Assembly: GCF_009914755.1 (NCBI RefSeq)
Contig: NC_060944.1
Source of the DNA: the human T2T-CHM13v2.0 reference genome, Homo sapiens
Strand: one strand, 5' to 3'
Length of the DNA: 64,000 nucleotides
Below the pieces are notes generated by a model that worked only from the letters and a program-made list of their open reading frames with translations, ran no database searches and was not told the origin of the DNA. How positions within the stretch are numbered: position 1 is the stretch's first letter; every line of letters begins with the position of its first letter. Both the position numbers and the translations under genes were made by a program. This document shows positions 1-13,019 of the stretch, piece after piece.

Positions 1-221
1 GTGTCCCTCTCCATGGCTTCGGATCCATTTCTGGACCCCCAGTCTCTGATCTTAAAATCTGCCCTAAGTGCCTCTGTCGGTTTTCTTGGCTTTAGGATCT
101 TCAGGGTCTAATTGCTCTTCGATACAGTTGTATTCAGTCCCACACCTTTCAGGACAGTTTAGTTCACTTTTACATCTAGATTTTGGACTCTGATTTGCCT
201 ACTCCAGTGCATAAAAACCAA

Positions 222-375
222 AGATGCACATTGGAATCTCCTGATAGCTTTAAAAAAATACTAGTGCCTATACACCCCTAAGCCCCAACCAGAGATTCTG
301 ATAAATAGACCTGGGGAGCAGATCAGGATTCTTTAAAGTTCCCCAGATGATTCCAATGTGCAGCCAAGGTGGTTC
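222..375. mobile_element. MER5-family (hAT-Charlie) fragment
   Basis: Motifs gatgcacattggaatc...cagagattctgat...ccccagatgattccaatgtgcagccaagg. Confidence 0.55.
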
Positions 376-944
376 ACAACTCAGCCAGAGTAGCCTATTT
401 GCAGCTCACTTCCCGTTGCCCGGACCTAAGCCTTTTTTCTCCTTTTCCCAACTCTCCACCATTTCTCTGCAGCTTTTCAACCGCCACCCCACAGGAAATT
501 CTGATTATGTCCCTCCTCCTGATTTCTTGTCTCAATTGTACTGATGATCTCAGATTCTACCACAGCCTTTGAAATCCCACAATTCTCTGTTAGCTCATGT
601 CCTTGGACATTCATGGCATAATCCTTTCTTTCATACTCCAGTTTACATACCTATTGGTGTATCTATGAATGCCAGAATAATCCTTGCCCACAAATGACTT
701 ATTATTTAACAGAGACTTTCATAGGTTACAAATAAATGCACTGGGCTAATTAAACATAAATAAATTTTTAACTTGGGTAGTTATGTGCCACTAAACTTAA
801 AATCCAAGATCTCACATATTTGCACGTATTTCACCTTGAGTGATTACACAAAGTACACACAGAGAGGAGGAAGACATAGAGATAGTAACACAGTGATGGA
901 AATGGGAACTCCAAAAGGAAATCTTAGCGTCTGCCAAAACTCAC

Positions 945-1036
945 AGTGGCTGGCACCCCATCGAGTTGTCGAGCCCCATGATTCGACACCAAGATCCCAT
1001 TCAAGCCATGTTTAACAGCCTCCCTGGCATCATCAC
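945..1036 (-). CDS. HAO1: HAO1 exon 5 (92 nt, [31 protein letters not shown])
   Basis: Within ORF 924..1142; SNHGARQLD family signature with the catalytic His; acceptor ctctccAG, donor |GTGAGT; cumulative CDS 813 nt = 271 codons. Confidence 0.98.
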
Positions 1037-1577
1037 CTGGAGAGAGTAAAACAAGCACCTTAGGGAAACTGTAACTTAACAGGCAGCTTGGGTTTAGAGG
1101 CCTCCACATTCCAGTCAAATGGAGGCTGACTCCCATCTGCATACCTGGGTCAATAATCTTAGCATAAAAGTATACCCTAGGGTTAGCGCTAGAATATTAG
1201 TGGTAGTTTTCTTGGCCAAAAACAACAAAAAAATGTTACTACTTACGGCAATTTAATTGTAAAATATACAAAAGTATCAATAGATAATACATTGACATAA
1301 AGCGTGTTTATCTTTATAAGGGTATACTCTTGCTAAATATTTTCAATTAATAAGATTATACCATTTTATCATTTAGCAAAATTATTCCTCAACAATTTGG
1401 ATAGCCAAAAAAAAAAAAAACATAAAAATGTCAAGCACTGTAAATGTAACAGGCAGTGGACAAACCTATTTCAAAAAACAATCTTTAATAACAAGTTGTA
1501 ATAGCTTTAGTAACTATTTTAAGTAATATTGTTCTATAATTAAATATATGTTTGCTCATTGAAATGTATAAAAAATT

Positions 1578-1909
<332 letters not shown>

Positions 1910-2407
1910 CTACATCTCTAATCATGTTTTAAAATATATTAATTTCTGAAATTAATCAGTTTAAAAATAGATTACTGTTCTCTTAAATCTACTTGCAACA
2001 TTTAAAAACATATTTTATATTCTAAACTATTATTTTTAGCATGTCCTAATAACAAACCATTTGCTAAAAGAATCATGAAAACAACACTGGTTCTCAGGTT
2101 TAACATTCAAAATGCAATACTAAGCAAAACCAACTGGTTCAAGAGCGTAGCAAAAATCAGGCCTTGGAAATTTAAGCAAATGGGTATAGGTCATTGGTAA
2201 TCTGTAAAATTAAGCAATGGAGATAATGGGCAGACTTGACTAAGAATAATTTTAAAAGACAAGATAATTATTTTATAAATTATATGCTATCATTTTCCAA
2301 ACTTTGTTTTATACAAGGCTATTTTTCAACTATTCTTATTTTTTTCAAATGATGATAGTGATATTTTTCTCCTAAAATTATAGGTATAGGAAACTGTTAA
2401 ACCTATA

Positions 2408-2520
2408 TGCTATAGACTAAATATTTATATCCTCTCAAAATTTGTATTTTGAAGCTCTGATCCCCAATGTGATGGCATTTGGAGATGGGGTCTTTGGGAG
2501 GTGATTAGGATTAGATTAGA
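2408..2520 (+). mobile_element. MaLR LTR 5' fragment (MLT1A/MST-like)
   Basis: tgctatagactaaat...ccccaatgtgatggcatttggagatggggtctttgggaggtgattagg. Confidence 0.65.
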
Positions 2521-2559
2521 TTTCTAACTGCCTTTCTTTTCTTTTCTTTTTTCCATTTA

Positions 2560-3700
2560 CTGTGAAACTTCAGAATATTATCAAGTTCTTCAAACTTTTC
2601 AATTATTTGATCTAACCTATTAGGTCACCTTATTCCCCACCTGAAGATAACCCCTGGAGCCCTCTGCCTTCCTGTTCCATTCTGTTGTGGCTACTCACAA
2701 GACATAATGTCTGCCTTCAGCTTTGAGTTTGCTCTTCTTCTGTCTGAGTTGAATATCTTGTAGTCTGAGTATGCCCTCATTTGGTTTATATTCTCATTTG
2801 TTTGTAGTAGATTCCTTTGTTACTTTCTTAAAAAGGATCCAAGGGAGGTAAACTTACAGACCACCTAAATAGCTTCTCTTGTGTGTGAATGACAATTGGA
2901 TTGGGTATAATAATCTAAGTGGAAAAACCATTTTCCTCAGAACCTTAAAGACATCAGTCCATTGTCTTCTAGTACCCATTGCTGATGCAAGGACTGACAC
3001 CAGTTTGATTTGAATTATTTTATAAGTAAACAGTTTTATGTTTATTTTATCTCTTTATACACATTACTTTTCTGAAATTTCATAAGGAACGTGATAAGTT
3101 GTGATTTGTTTTCTCACTCTAATGACTTACATTATCAGCATTCGGAAATTGTTGGTCTTTAATAATTTCCTCCAGGCCTCTTTCTTTTACTTTTCTACCT
3201 GAAACTCCTATCAGTTGGATATTGGACATTTTAAAGTTGTCTTCATGTACATTCATGTAATAATTTTTTCTTTCTATTTATCTTATTGTTCTCATTGTTG
3301 TTTTACCCTTTGGGAAATGTTATTGACTTTACTGCTCAGCCATTCAGTCATTTCAGCAATCATGTTTTTAATCTTTGAGAGCTCTTTTTTATATTCGACT
3401 TCCCCTTTTTTAAAAAAATCAGAAGTCATTTTTCTAATCATTGGGAACTCTTCTTTATGCTCTAATTTTCTTTTCATGGCAGACTCTTCCTATTTATATG
3501 TATATTTTCAACTTTTTTGAGTATCATTTGGATTTTTTAAAATTCTTTTTCTTGTTTTATCTCTTTTTCCTGGGATAAGCTTTTCTATAGATTCATCTTG
3601 ATTTGTTATGTTTTGGTGTTTCTGATATGCCTAGTGATGCTAAATTTTCCATTTATATTTAAGGAAGAAAGATTGAGGAACTGCCCTGTTTTGTAAATTA
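2560..3700 (-). mobile_element. Ancient L1M/HAL1-like ORF1 remnant
   Basis: T-rich antisense L1-type sequence; ORF 3292..3477 resembles a degenerate L1 ORF1 coiled coil. Confidence 0.55.
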
Positions 3701-4402
3701 GTTTCATTCTTGCCAAGTCCTTGTCTGGAGTGGAAATTCTTTCTTGGAACTCCATGAGAAAATGCAGGAAATGTCAACTAAGAGGCAATTAGACTGTGAG
3801 CTCCTCAAGTGTCAGAATCAGGACAGCATCATGTCATATTGGAAATGCCACCCACCCATATTTCATCCCAGCCATTCATTAATGTCTTTAGAAAGGATCA
3901 GCTACTTTCTTATTGAGAAGTCAGTGCCAAGTGTCCACTGTTGCATAAGAAGTAGGGTGGGAGCAGGATTGCTGGCAGGCATAACAGCTTCCTATATTGA
4001 TCTTCAGTCAGTCCCCTTGCGTTTCGTCTTCACTACCCTCTCTGCCATCCTTGCAGACTATATACCTACAGCCTCTCAAGCATTCTATTACATAATCTAC
4101 CCCTACCTCCTCTAGGATTTCCTGAAAGCCTATCTCAAGGTACAGTTTTCTGTATGTTTTCCTGCTGTCAACAGGCTTTCAAAAGTTTCTTAAAATTTCT
4201 CTGCTGTTTCTGTCCTCTATCCTCCTTTGCTTTGCTGTCATTGGTGTATACATATTTGCATTTCTGTACTTTAATTTCAGTGGAGTCTTGACTTTAACAA
4301 GAGAATTCATATGTACTCAGTCCATCATTTTAAACCAGAAGCCCAGTACACTTTCATCTCAAACGTATTTCATAAATGGTTCTCTAAAGATAGGGCCTCA
4401 AT

Positions 4403-4580
4403 GGACTACCATAGAACTTTCTGTGATAATAAAAATGTTCTAGATCTGTGCACTTCCATCATACAGTACCACTAGTCATGTAGCCACTGACCAACTGATA
4501 TGTGGCAGTGTGACTAAGAAACTGGAATTTTGCCTCTATTTCATTTTAATTAACTTATATAGCTGTCATATTGCACAGCT
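4403..4580 (+). mobile_element. MER3 (hAT-Charlie)
   Basis: atagaactttctgtgataataaaaatgttcta...actagtcatgtagccact...gactaagaaactg resembles MER3. Confidence 0.75.
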
Positions 4581-4954
4581 CACCTTCAATGTTTCCATGA
4601 GCTTACCTGTCCTAATAGACATAGCATGGTATTTATTTTAAAAACCTAGGTGTAGTCATAAATAACCTTATTAAACAGTATAAAATAATATTCTGAATTG
4701 GTGTGGTTTGCCTGGTTATCTAGTTATGTACAGGATCCTGAACTTCAAGTCAAATGTAAAAAAAAAAAAACAAAAAACCACTTAAACATAGACAATGGTA
4801 TTTTTTCAAACCTCGTAATTGAGCATACGTATAGCTCTCCAGTTTATATTCCTGTGTCTGCCACCATGTAGCTACAACCTGCATTATGAGAAATTAAATA
4901 TTATCAATAAACAGATCCTGTACAGGAGGAAGAAGTGATTCACTGCTTAAGGTA

Positions 4955-5168
4955 AGTCATCAGTCCACCCGGACTTAAATCCCACATCTGCTGCTCGCTT
5001 GCTGTGTAAGTGGCAAGTTTCTTAACTTCTCGGTGCATCATTGTCCTAAGCCATAAAATGAGGATAGAGATCCACATATGATTAGCTTGTGGATTAAATG
5101 AGTTGAATGTGTGTTTAGAAAGTGCCTGATACATGTTGAACACTCAGATAAATATTAACTATTATTAC
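4955..5168 (+). mobile_element. MIR
   Basis: MIR core ggcaagtttcttaacttctc...taaaatgaggata...gtgcctgatacat. Confidence 0.75.
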
Positions 5169-5986
5169 CATTTTCCTCTGATGGTGCAGGGAATATAAAC
5201 TAAAAAGATGAGTAGGTGGAGAAAGATTTATTTGCAGGATGCGTTTGGCAACTCTATTTGGGTTCTGTTTATAACAGTTTTATCCTAGTCAAGATTACTA
5301 TGATAAAGTGCCTCCCATTTGAATTAAATGTTTCTTAAGTAACAGTCTGTTATCTGCCATCATTTCAAGTGGTTTTTATATTCTTCAGGTAGTATTGGGA
5401 ATATAGGGAGAAATGACATAATGATTTGCTCAGAGGATAGGATTGTGAATTTCTAGAGAAGCAAAGACAATAAGGATAATTTATAACCAGATATAAGCCC
5501 CTTTTATTAGCTGCTTATGCAGCCTCGTCCACAGTTTTACAATTTATTTTAACACAGAGAGAAAAGCAATTTTGCCTTAATGAAAGGGCCAAAATATTCC
5601 CACTTAGCAAAATGTTCATGAATCTTGGATATTTTTATTAATTCTTAGAGTTTAAGAGTGTGGCATTCCATATTTGTGAATTTGCCATTAAGTACATTGA
5701 TTGATAGACACAGTCGTCAATGGGCAGTGGCATTGTTTGCTATCTTATTAATATTTTATTTCCATATTTAATTTAAAACAAGGTATAAAAGTGAAATATA
5801 AGTACTCAAGTACTCAAAACGTAAGTACTCAAGATTTGAGCTCAAGCCCTTGGAGCTTTTGGCCTAGGAATCTGTTCTGACTCAGAGGAGAGTAGTAACT
5901 AAATCCCGGACACATGACAGCAATTTTAAAACACAATCCAGGAACATTAAGCGCATATTTTTTTAGAGTATCTTGAACAATGTATA

Positions 5987-8441
5987 CAGGCATACCTTGT
6001 TTTATTGCACTTTGCTTTATAGCAATTTGCAGCTACTGAGTTTTTTAGAAATTGCAAATCACCACCTTGATCTGTTAGCAGCCATCAACATCTAGGAAAG
6101 ACCCTCCACCAGCAAGAAGACTACAACTCGCTGAAGACTCAGATAATCATTAGCATTTTTTAGCAGCAAGGTATTTTTAATTAAGGTATGTACAATGCTC
6201 AAGTGGCATTGTGGCAACCCCGCATCAAGCAAGTGTATCAGCACTATTTTTCTAACAGCACGTGCTCAATTTGTATCCCTGTGTCACAGTTTGGTCATTC
6301 TCACTCTATTTCAAACTTTTTCATTGTTACATCTGTTACGGTGATCTGTGATTAGTGATCTTTGATGTTACTATTGTAATTGTTTTGGGGTGCCATGAAC
6401 CATCGCCTTTAAAATGAGGAACTTAATAAGTGTGTGTATTCTGACTGCTCCACTCACTGGCCATTCGCCCATCTCTCTCCCTCTCCTCAGGCCTCCCTAT
6501 TCCCTGAGAAGCAACAATATTGAAATCAGACCAACTAATAACTCTACAATGGCTTCTAAGCGCTCAAGGAAGAGTCACATACCTCTCACTTTAAATTAAA
6601 AACCAGAAATTATTAAGCTTAGTGAGGAAGGCATGTGAAAGGCCAAGACAGGACAAAAGCTAGGCTCCTTGTGCCAAACAGCTAAGTTGTGAATGCAAAC
6701 AAAAAGTTCTTAAAGGAAATTAAAGCTACTACTCTAGTGAACACAGAAATGATAAGAGAGCAAAGCAGCCTTATTGCTGATAGGGAGAAAGTTTGAGTGG
6801 TCTGGATAGATGATCAAACCAGCCACCATTCTCCCTTAAACCAAAGCCTAATCTAGAGCAACACCCTAACTCTCTTCAATTCTATAAAGGCTGAGAGAGG
6901 TGAGGAAGCTGCAGAAAAAAAGTTTGAAGTTAGCAGAGGTTGATTCCTGAGGTTTAAAGGAAGGAGCCATCTCTATAACATAAAAGTGCAAGATGAAGCA
7001 GCTGAGGGCTGATGGAAAAGCTGCAGCAAGTTATCCAGGAGATCTAGCTAAGAAAATTGATGGAGGTGGCTACACTGAACAACATATTTTCAATGTAGAT
7101 TAAACAGGCTGTATGGCATCTTCTTCCAAACAAGCCTTCCTCATACTGGAAGAAGATGCCATCTAGGACTTTCATAGCTAGAGAGGAGAAGTCTATTCAT
7201 GGCTGCAAATATAACCCTAGGAATTATACCAAATCTACTCTGCCTGTGCTCTATAAATAAAACAACAGTCCGAATGGCAGCACATCTGTTTACAACACAG
7301 TTTACTAAATATGTTAAGCCCACTGTCGAGACCTGCTGCTCAGAAAAAAAAAGATTTCTTTCAAAATATCACTGCTCATTGACAGTGCACCTAGTGACTC
7401 AAGAGCTCTGGTGGAAGAACACAAAAAGATTAATGTTTTTATGCCTGTTAACACAACCTCCACTCCATAGCCCATGGATCAAGGAGTAATTTTGACTTTC
7501 AAGTCTTATTAGTTAAGAAATATATTTAATAACATTATAGCTGCTATAGTTAATGATTTCTCTGATGAATAAGAGCAAAATAAATTGAAAACTTTCTGGA
7601 AAGGATTCACCATCTAGATGCCATTAAGAACATTTGTGATTTACAGGAGGAGGTCAAAATATCAGCATTAACAGGAATTTGGAAGATGTTGATTCCAACC
7701 CTCATGGATGACTTTGAGGAGTTCAAGACTATGGTGGAGAAAGTCACTGCTGCTGTGGCAGAAACAGTAAGATAACCGAATTAGATGTGGAGCCTGAAGC
7801 TGTGACTAAATTGCTGCAATCATGAGATAAAACTTAAATGAATGAAGAGTTTCTTCTTATGATGAGCAAAGAAAGTGGTTTCTTGGGATGGAATCAACTC
7901 CTGGTGAAGATGCTGTGAACACTGCTGAAATAACAACAAAGGATTTAGAATATTACACAAACTTCACAGATAAAGCAGTGGCAGTTTGAGAGGACTGACT
8001 CCAATGTTGAAAAAGTTGTACTGTGGGTAAAATGCTATCAAATAGCTTCTCATGGTACAGAGAAATCTTTCCTGAAAGGAAAAGTTAATCGATGCATCAA
8101 ACTTCATTGTCTTATTTTAAGAAGTTACCACAGCCACCTTAAACCTTCAGCAACCACTACCCTGATCAGTCAGCAACCATCAACACCTAGGAAAGACCCT
8201 CCACCAGCAAAAAGACTACAACTCGCTGAAGACTCAGGTGATCATTAACATTTTTTAGGAGTAACGTATTTTTTAATTAAGGTATATACATTGTTTTTTA
8301 GGCATAATGCTGTTGCACAAAATAGACTACAGTATAGCAAAAACATAACTTTCATATGCACTGGGAAGACAAAAAAATTATGTGACTTGCTTTATTGTGG
8401 TGGTCCAGAACTGAATCCACAATGTCTCTTAGGTATGCCTG
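5987..8441 (+). mobile_element. Tigger1 DNA transposon, essentially full length, decayed transposase
   Basis: Terminal inverted repeats caggcatacct...aggtatgcctg flanked by TA at 5985-86 and 8442-43; transposase remnants with stops and frameshifts. Confidence 0.95.
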
Positions 8442-9257
8442 TATATGAAGAGCTGACTAGAGAAAAGTTTCTCAGAAACACAAAGCCACAGTAGAAGTGA
8501 GACAGCCTAATTTAAATAAATTAAAAGAAAAAGAAAAGAACTCTAAAAGGCACCATGCCTTTGCTGAAAAAAGCCATTTGTTTGCTAGTGTGAGTTCTGA
8601 CAAAGACCAAATTCTGTCTTAAGTACATGTTAGGAGCTTGCGTTGAAGTTCTCTAAGGGCAGTTTAACCACACACAGTAAGAGATTACATCTTCCATTCT
8701 AATTTGCATTCATTAAAATACAATTATTAAAATGGTGAGACAGTCAGATGTTTGGTCTAGATCTTCACAGTTGCTCATGATTTCATGTTCCTGAAAATAT
8801 AATCTGCACTTTTCTGAAAAAGGAAAATGAAAGAGGATGGGTGACTCTCAGTCAATCCATGTGATTTCTGCATGAGGACCTGTGAAATGGAGAAAATTGG
8901 ATTTCCCAGAACTGGCCCTGCCACTGCTCCCTTCCGATCCAGATTGAGCATATGTGTTACTTGGTGCAATTGTTGTCATAGAGATGATTCTTGTTTGTTA
9001 AATAAAAGAACCAAATAGTTACAGAAAAGTAGACGATGTAAACTGTACATGTATAAATAAGTTATTTCCCTTTAAATGTCAAATGTCCCATCTCTCCTTA
9101 TCTTTTTTTTTTTTTTTTGAGCTTTCTCTAATTAGATAGACTTATAGTTTTCATCAAGAAGTTCAGTAAATAAATATTTGGGCTATCTACTATGTGTAAA
9201 ATGTCACAAAAATATTTAGAAACAAACCAGAAATCCATATGGATGAGAAGAAAAGAG

Positions 9258-9718
9258 AGGTGGTGATGATGGTGGTAGTGGTGGTCATGGTGGTCATGGT
9301 GGTGATAGGAGTGGTGGAGGTGGTAGTGGTGATACTGGTGGTGGTGGTGGAGGTGGTGGTGGTTGTCTTGGTAATGGTGGTGTTGATGGTGGTTGTGGTT
9401 ATGGCGCTGGTGGTGGTGGTGGTCACAGTGGTGATGGGAGTGGTGATGGTGGTGGTGATGATAGCAGTGGTGGTGGTGGCAGTGGTGGTGGTTGTTCCTG
9501 GTAATGGTGGTGTTGATGGAGGTTGTGGCTATGGTGGTAGTTGTGGTGGTGGTGGTGGTCATGGTGGTAATGGGAGTGGTGATAATGGTGATGGGAGTGG
9601 TGATGGTGATAGCAGTGGTGGTGGGTGGCAGCAGTGCTGGTGGTTGTCCTGGTAATGGAGGTTGTGGTAGCGGTGGTGGTGGTGGTGGTGGTGGTGGTGG
9701 TGGTGGTGGTGGCAGTGG
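9258..9718. repeat. Degenerate (GGT)n tandem repeat, about 460 bp
   Basis: Directly visible; ends in a pure GGT run; explains the poly-His/Val/Thr/Gly ORFs. Confidence 0.95.
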
Positions 9719-10079
9719 TCCTAGCTAAAGTGATAACAGAATGAAGATCTAGAAACCAAAATATTTTTCAACATAACATGTGATAGTAAATCTAATTCAA
9801 TTGATTTGCACATATCTTAAGGAATAAAGTTGTAGAAAATGATATACACTGGAAATCCTAGATTGAAAAGGTGGTTAAAAAATAAAATGACCTCCTTCTT
9901 TGTTCCTTATTTGAAACAATTATGGAACAAGACTAAAATTCTATTCTTCCTTAGTGTTTTAAAGCCAGATCCCCTGGGCCGTCTCTGTGATTAACTGTCT
10001 TAATTTTCTAATTTAATTATACCTTCTCAGTCCCCTCCCTGCCATTACTCTAGGTCATCTCTACAATTATCTCTTTTCT

Positions 10080-10627
10080 GGGCAACAACATTTCCTAAAT
10101 GTCTTCCCTGACCACAATTTTGCCACCTCCATCCATTAGGTCCGTTGTGCAAAGCATGATTTCTGTAAAATGCTTATATGATGAGGTTGCTTCTCTGATC
10201 AAGACACTTCAGTGGTTCTCAGCCACTTTAAAGTCTAAATTCTCTAAATGGCTTATGTGTTTTATAAATTGTTATGCATAATTGCTTTATTCTGCCAGTA
10301 CTTCAGTCTGAAGTAGAGTCTATTGGCTTGATATCATGGCAAAACTCAAGCATCATCTTTCATTCTGAAAAGTGTTTTCTAACCCACTCTTACATTATTG
10401 CCCATATTCTTTTTTAAGCCATGCCCATAGATTTCTATGCATCATTTTATTGCACCCAAAATGCTTGTTTATATAACTGTCTCCTACAAGAATAGACTGT
10501 CATTTTATCCAAGGATCTAAAATTATTTTATTTCATAAAAATATTTTAGCACACAGTAGTTATGATATTTATGGAATGAATGAGTGAGTGAATAAGAGAA
10601 TGGATGAATGAATAAATAAATGAATGG
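10080..10627 (+). mobile_element. L2 3' fragment with (TGAA)n tail
   Basis: cttcagtggttctc...gcacacagtag...gaatgaatgagtgagtgaat. Confidence 0.6.
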
Positions 10628-10857
10628 CACAGAACCTTCAGGTTAATATTATTTAGTCCCCACAGTTGAATGCAGCCACAGTAAGTAGCACTAGTAATCA
10701 TGGATAACAACATGGATGCAAGTAAAGGAAGTGAAACCATTATTTAAAGGTGTCTGTAAACCAAACCAATACATATTCATTGAAGTATAATCCACAAAAA
10801 TTTTGAACTAGGACAATGATTAGTAGGAAACAGTGAACAATTTTTGTAGAAGTACAG

Positions 10858-10980
10858 AATAATGTTTGAGATGACGGATATGCTAATTACCCTCATATGA
10901 TTACTACACATTGTAGGTATTGAAACATCACTATATGCTCTATGCATATGTACAACTATTATATATCGATTTAAAAAACT
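10858..10980 (+). mobile_element. L1MA-type 3' end fragment
   Basis: tgtttgagatgacggatatgctaattaccc...atgtacaactattat followed by an A-rich end. Confidence 0.7.
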
Positions 10981-11963
10981 AATTTAATTTGTTTAAGCAC
11001 AGAATAAGAACATCTGGATTTAAACATATCTCCACTACTTAAATGCTGCACTGGGCTTAATTTCTTTTACTTTTATAAGCTCATTTCTTCACACATAAAA
11101 TTAAATAGTCAAAGTAGATAGACCTTTATAAATAGGGACCACATGACTCAGACATGTTCAAGTAAAATCTATGAAAAAGTTTTGATTCAAAGTCATTTAA
11201 TAGACATACATTAATGGACAGACTCTCATCTTAAAGTCACTTACTCAAACATTTCAGTTAAAAAAAAGTTTTTGGCAGTTATCTATATAACCAAAGGTTA
11301 TATACCACAAAGGTTTTCTTGCCTTTGTGGGTAAACACATTTACACTCCAAAATTATTATAGTCATTGGTATCTCCCTGTGGGATCTGAATACATGGGGA
11401 TGCTGGAGGAAATAGTTAAGTTTCTTATTACCCATGGCTTGATAATTGAGCATTTGACCATACTAGTCAGCCATTCTCTTCAGAGAGGTGATGTGGGTTT
11501 GACCACACTCAAAAACTAGTCCTAGCCATTTGTACTGGAGGGAGCACAAGAAAAAGAGTAAAAGCTCTTAAAACAAGTCTGTCTGTCATAATATCTCCTT
11601 GGGGCTTCTCTTTGGTCTGAGAGCAACTGTTGCAGCTTTCAGGTAAAGCAATGAACTCATGACGTTCTACCAAGATCTTGCCAGGCTTCATGATTCAGTA
11701 ACAGCTCTGAAATAAGGCAATAGCATCCCAATTCTTTGAAAAAGCTCACTTTGTGCTTCATGAGAGTTTAGCTCTGCTTCAGAATATTACCTAAGAATGA
11801 AGAAATATTTACTCACTAACATGAAAACAGAGAATTGAGAGTTGGAATGTCTCTCTCAATTTCCATGTTAATTTTTCCTTGTTATTTTCCTTTAAGAATA
11901 TTATGAACGTATCCACAAAGGATCACAAAGTCAGTATGAATTCAAGTAGAGAAATAAACGAAC

Positions 11964-12139
11964 CTCTCAAAATGCCCTTTGCAACAATTGGCAATGATGT
12001 CAGTCTTCTCAGCCATTTGATATCTTCCCAGCTGATAGATGGGTCTATTGCTTTAGCCACATATGCAGCAAGTCCACTGTCGTCTCCAAAATTTTCCTCA
12101 GGAGAAAATGATAAAGTACTGGTTTCAAAATTTTTCATC
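11964..12139 (-). CDS. HAO1: HAO1 exon 4 (176 nt, [58 protein letters not shown])
   Basis: Within ORF 11923..12138; acceptor ttattttAG, donor G|GTTCGT; contains the FMN-binding Lys of the AKG motif. Confidence 0.98.
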
Positions 12140-13019
12140 CTAAAATAAGAAATGCATAAAATGAGAAATTTGCCAAATTAGAAATACCTTTCCAATGATT
12201 CATTCAATGAAAAATGTTACCCTTTTCAAATCAATTGGCTGTTCACTGCTCATTTATCTATAAGTCAATTGCACACATATTTTCCATATTTTGATGTAGG
12301 ACTCTAGACTAAATGTGATACTCTAGTGGTCTTAATCAGTGACCTAAATTTTATTTTACATCTTAGGCTGTGTTTACACAAACAAATCTGTTTCAAGAAA
12401 AAAAAATGTGTTCATATTCAAACATCTCATTTTTAAGCCAGTTTATGGATATAGACAATAGAGTTGACACGATTTTCAGCCAGCAATGCAAATTAATCAC
12501 AATTTAAAAAGCATTTTTATGGTGCATTATAATTTACAAAGGGTTTTGTATGCCAAAATTATCACAATTTTTCTTTAAAAGACTCTTAGAAAGTAACATT
12601 GATACTCTATGATTCCCATAGAAAATAAAAACAGAGGTACAAAATGAATTGCCTCAAATATAGAACTAGCTAATAGCAGTATTTGAGCTCCAAACTGGGT
12701 CCCTTGACTTCATTCCTAACACTATTCTCTTTGCTCAGATCTCAGTTTCCTCCTGGTTATTGCACCTGACCTCAGGAAACCTTCCAATGCCCTTGTAGAA
12801 AATTCTAGAAGAGGTTGGAACCGCAGTAACAGGTGTTAACACGACTGTCTGTTGCCCCTGTAGACTCCTTCTTGCCTGCTATTGCAGTAGTGATGGTGGT
12901 GGTGGGCATGGGAGAAGTGGGAACTGTTTCCCAGCAGATGAGTTGTCACCTCTTGCCTTTCCCTCCCCCTTTTAGTTGTTCTCTCTGAACTTCTCGGTCT
13001 GCTGACTCAAACTTCTCTA

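Noticed and set aside
1037-1142. In-frame upstream extension of exon 5
   Set aside because: A good acceptor sits at 1037-1038 and the extension has no family similarity; length is compatible with chance.
6414-8100. Tigger1 transposase as a domesticated gene
   Set aside because: Multiple stops, frameshifts and an internal deletion; no long ORF remains.
9128-9728. His-, Thr-, Val- and Gly-rich ORFs of up to 144 aa
   Set aside because: Translation artefacts of the GGT repeat, open in several frames on both strands.
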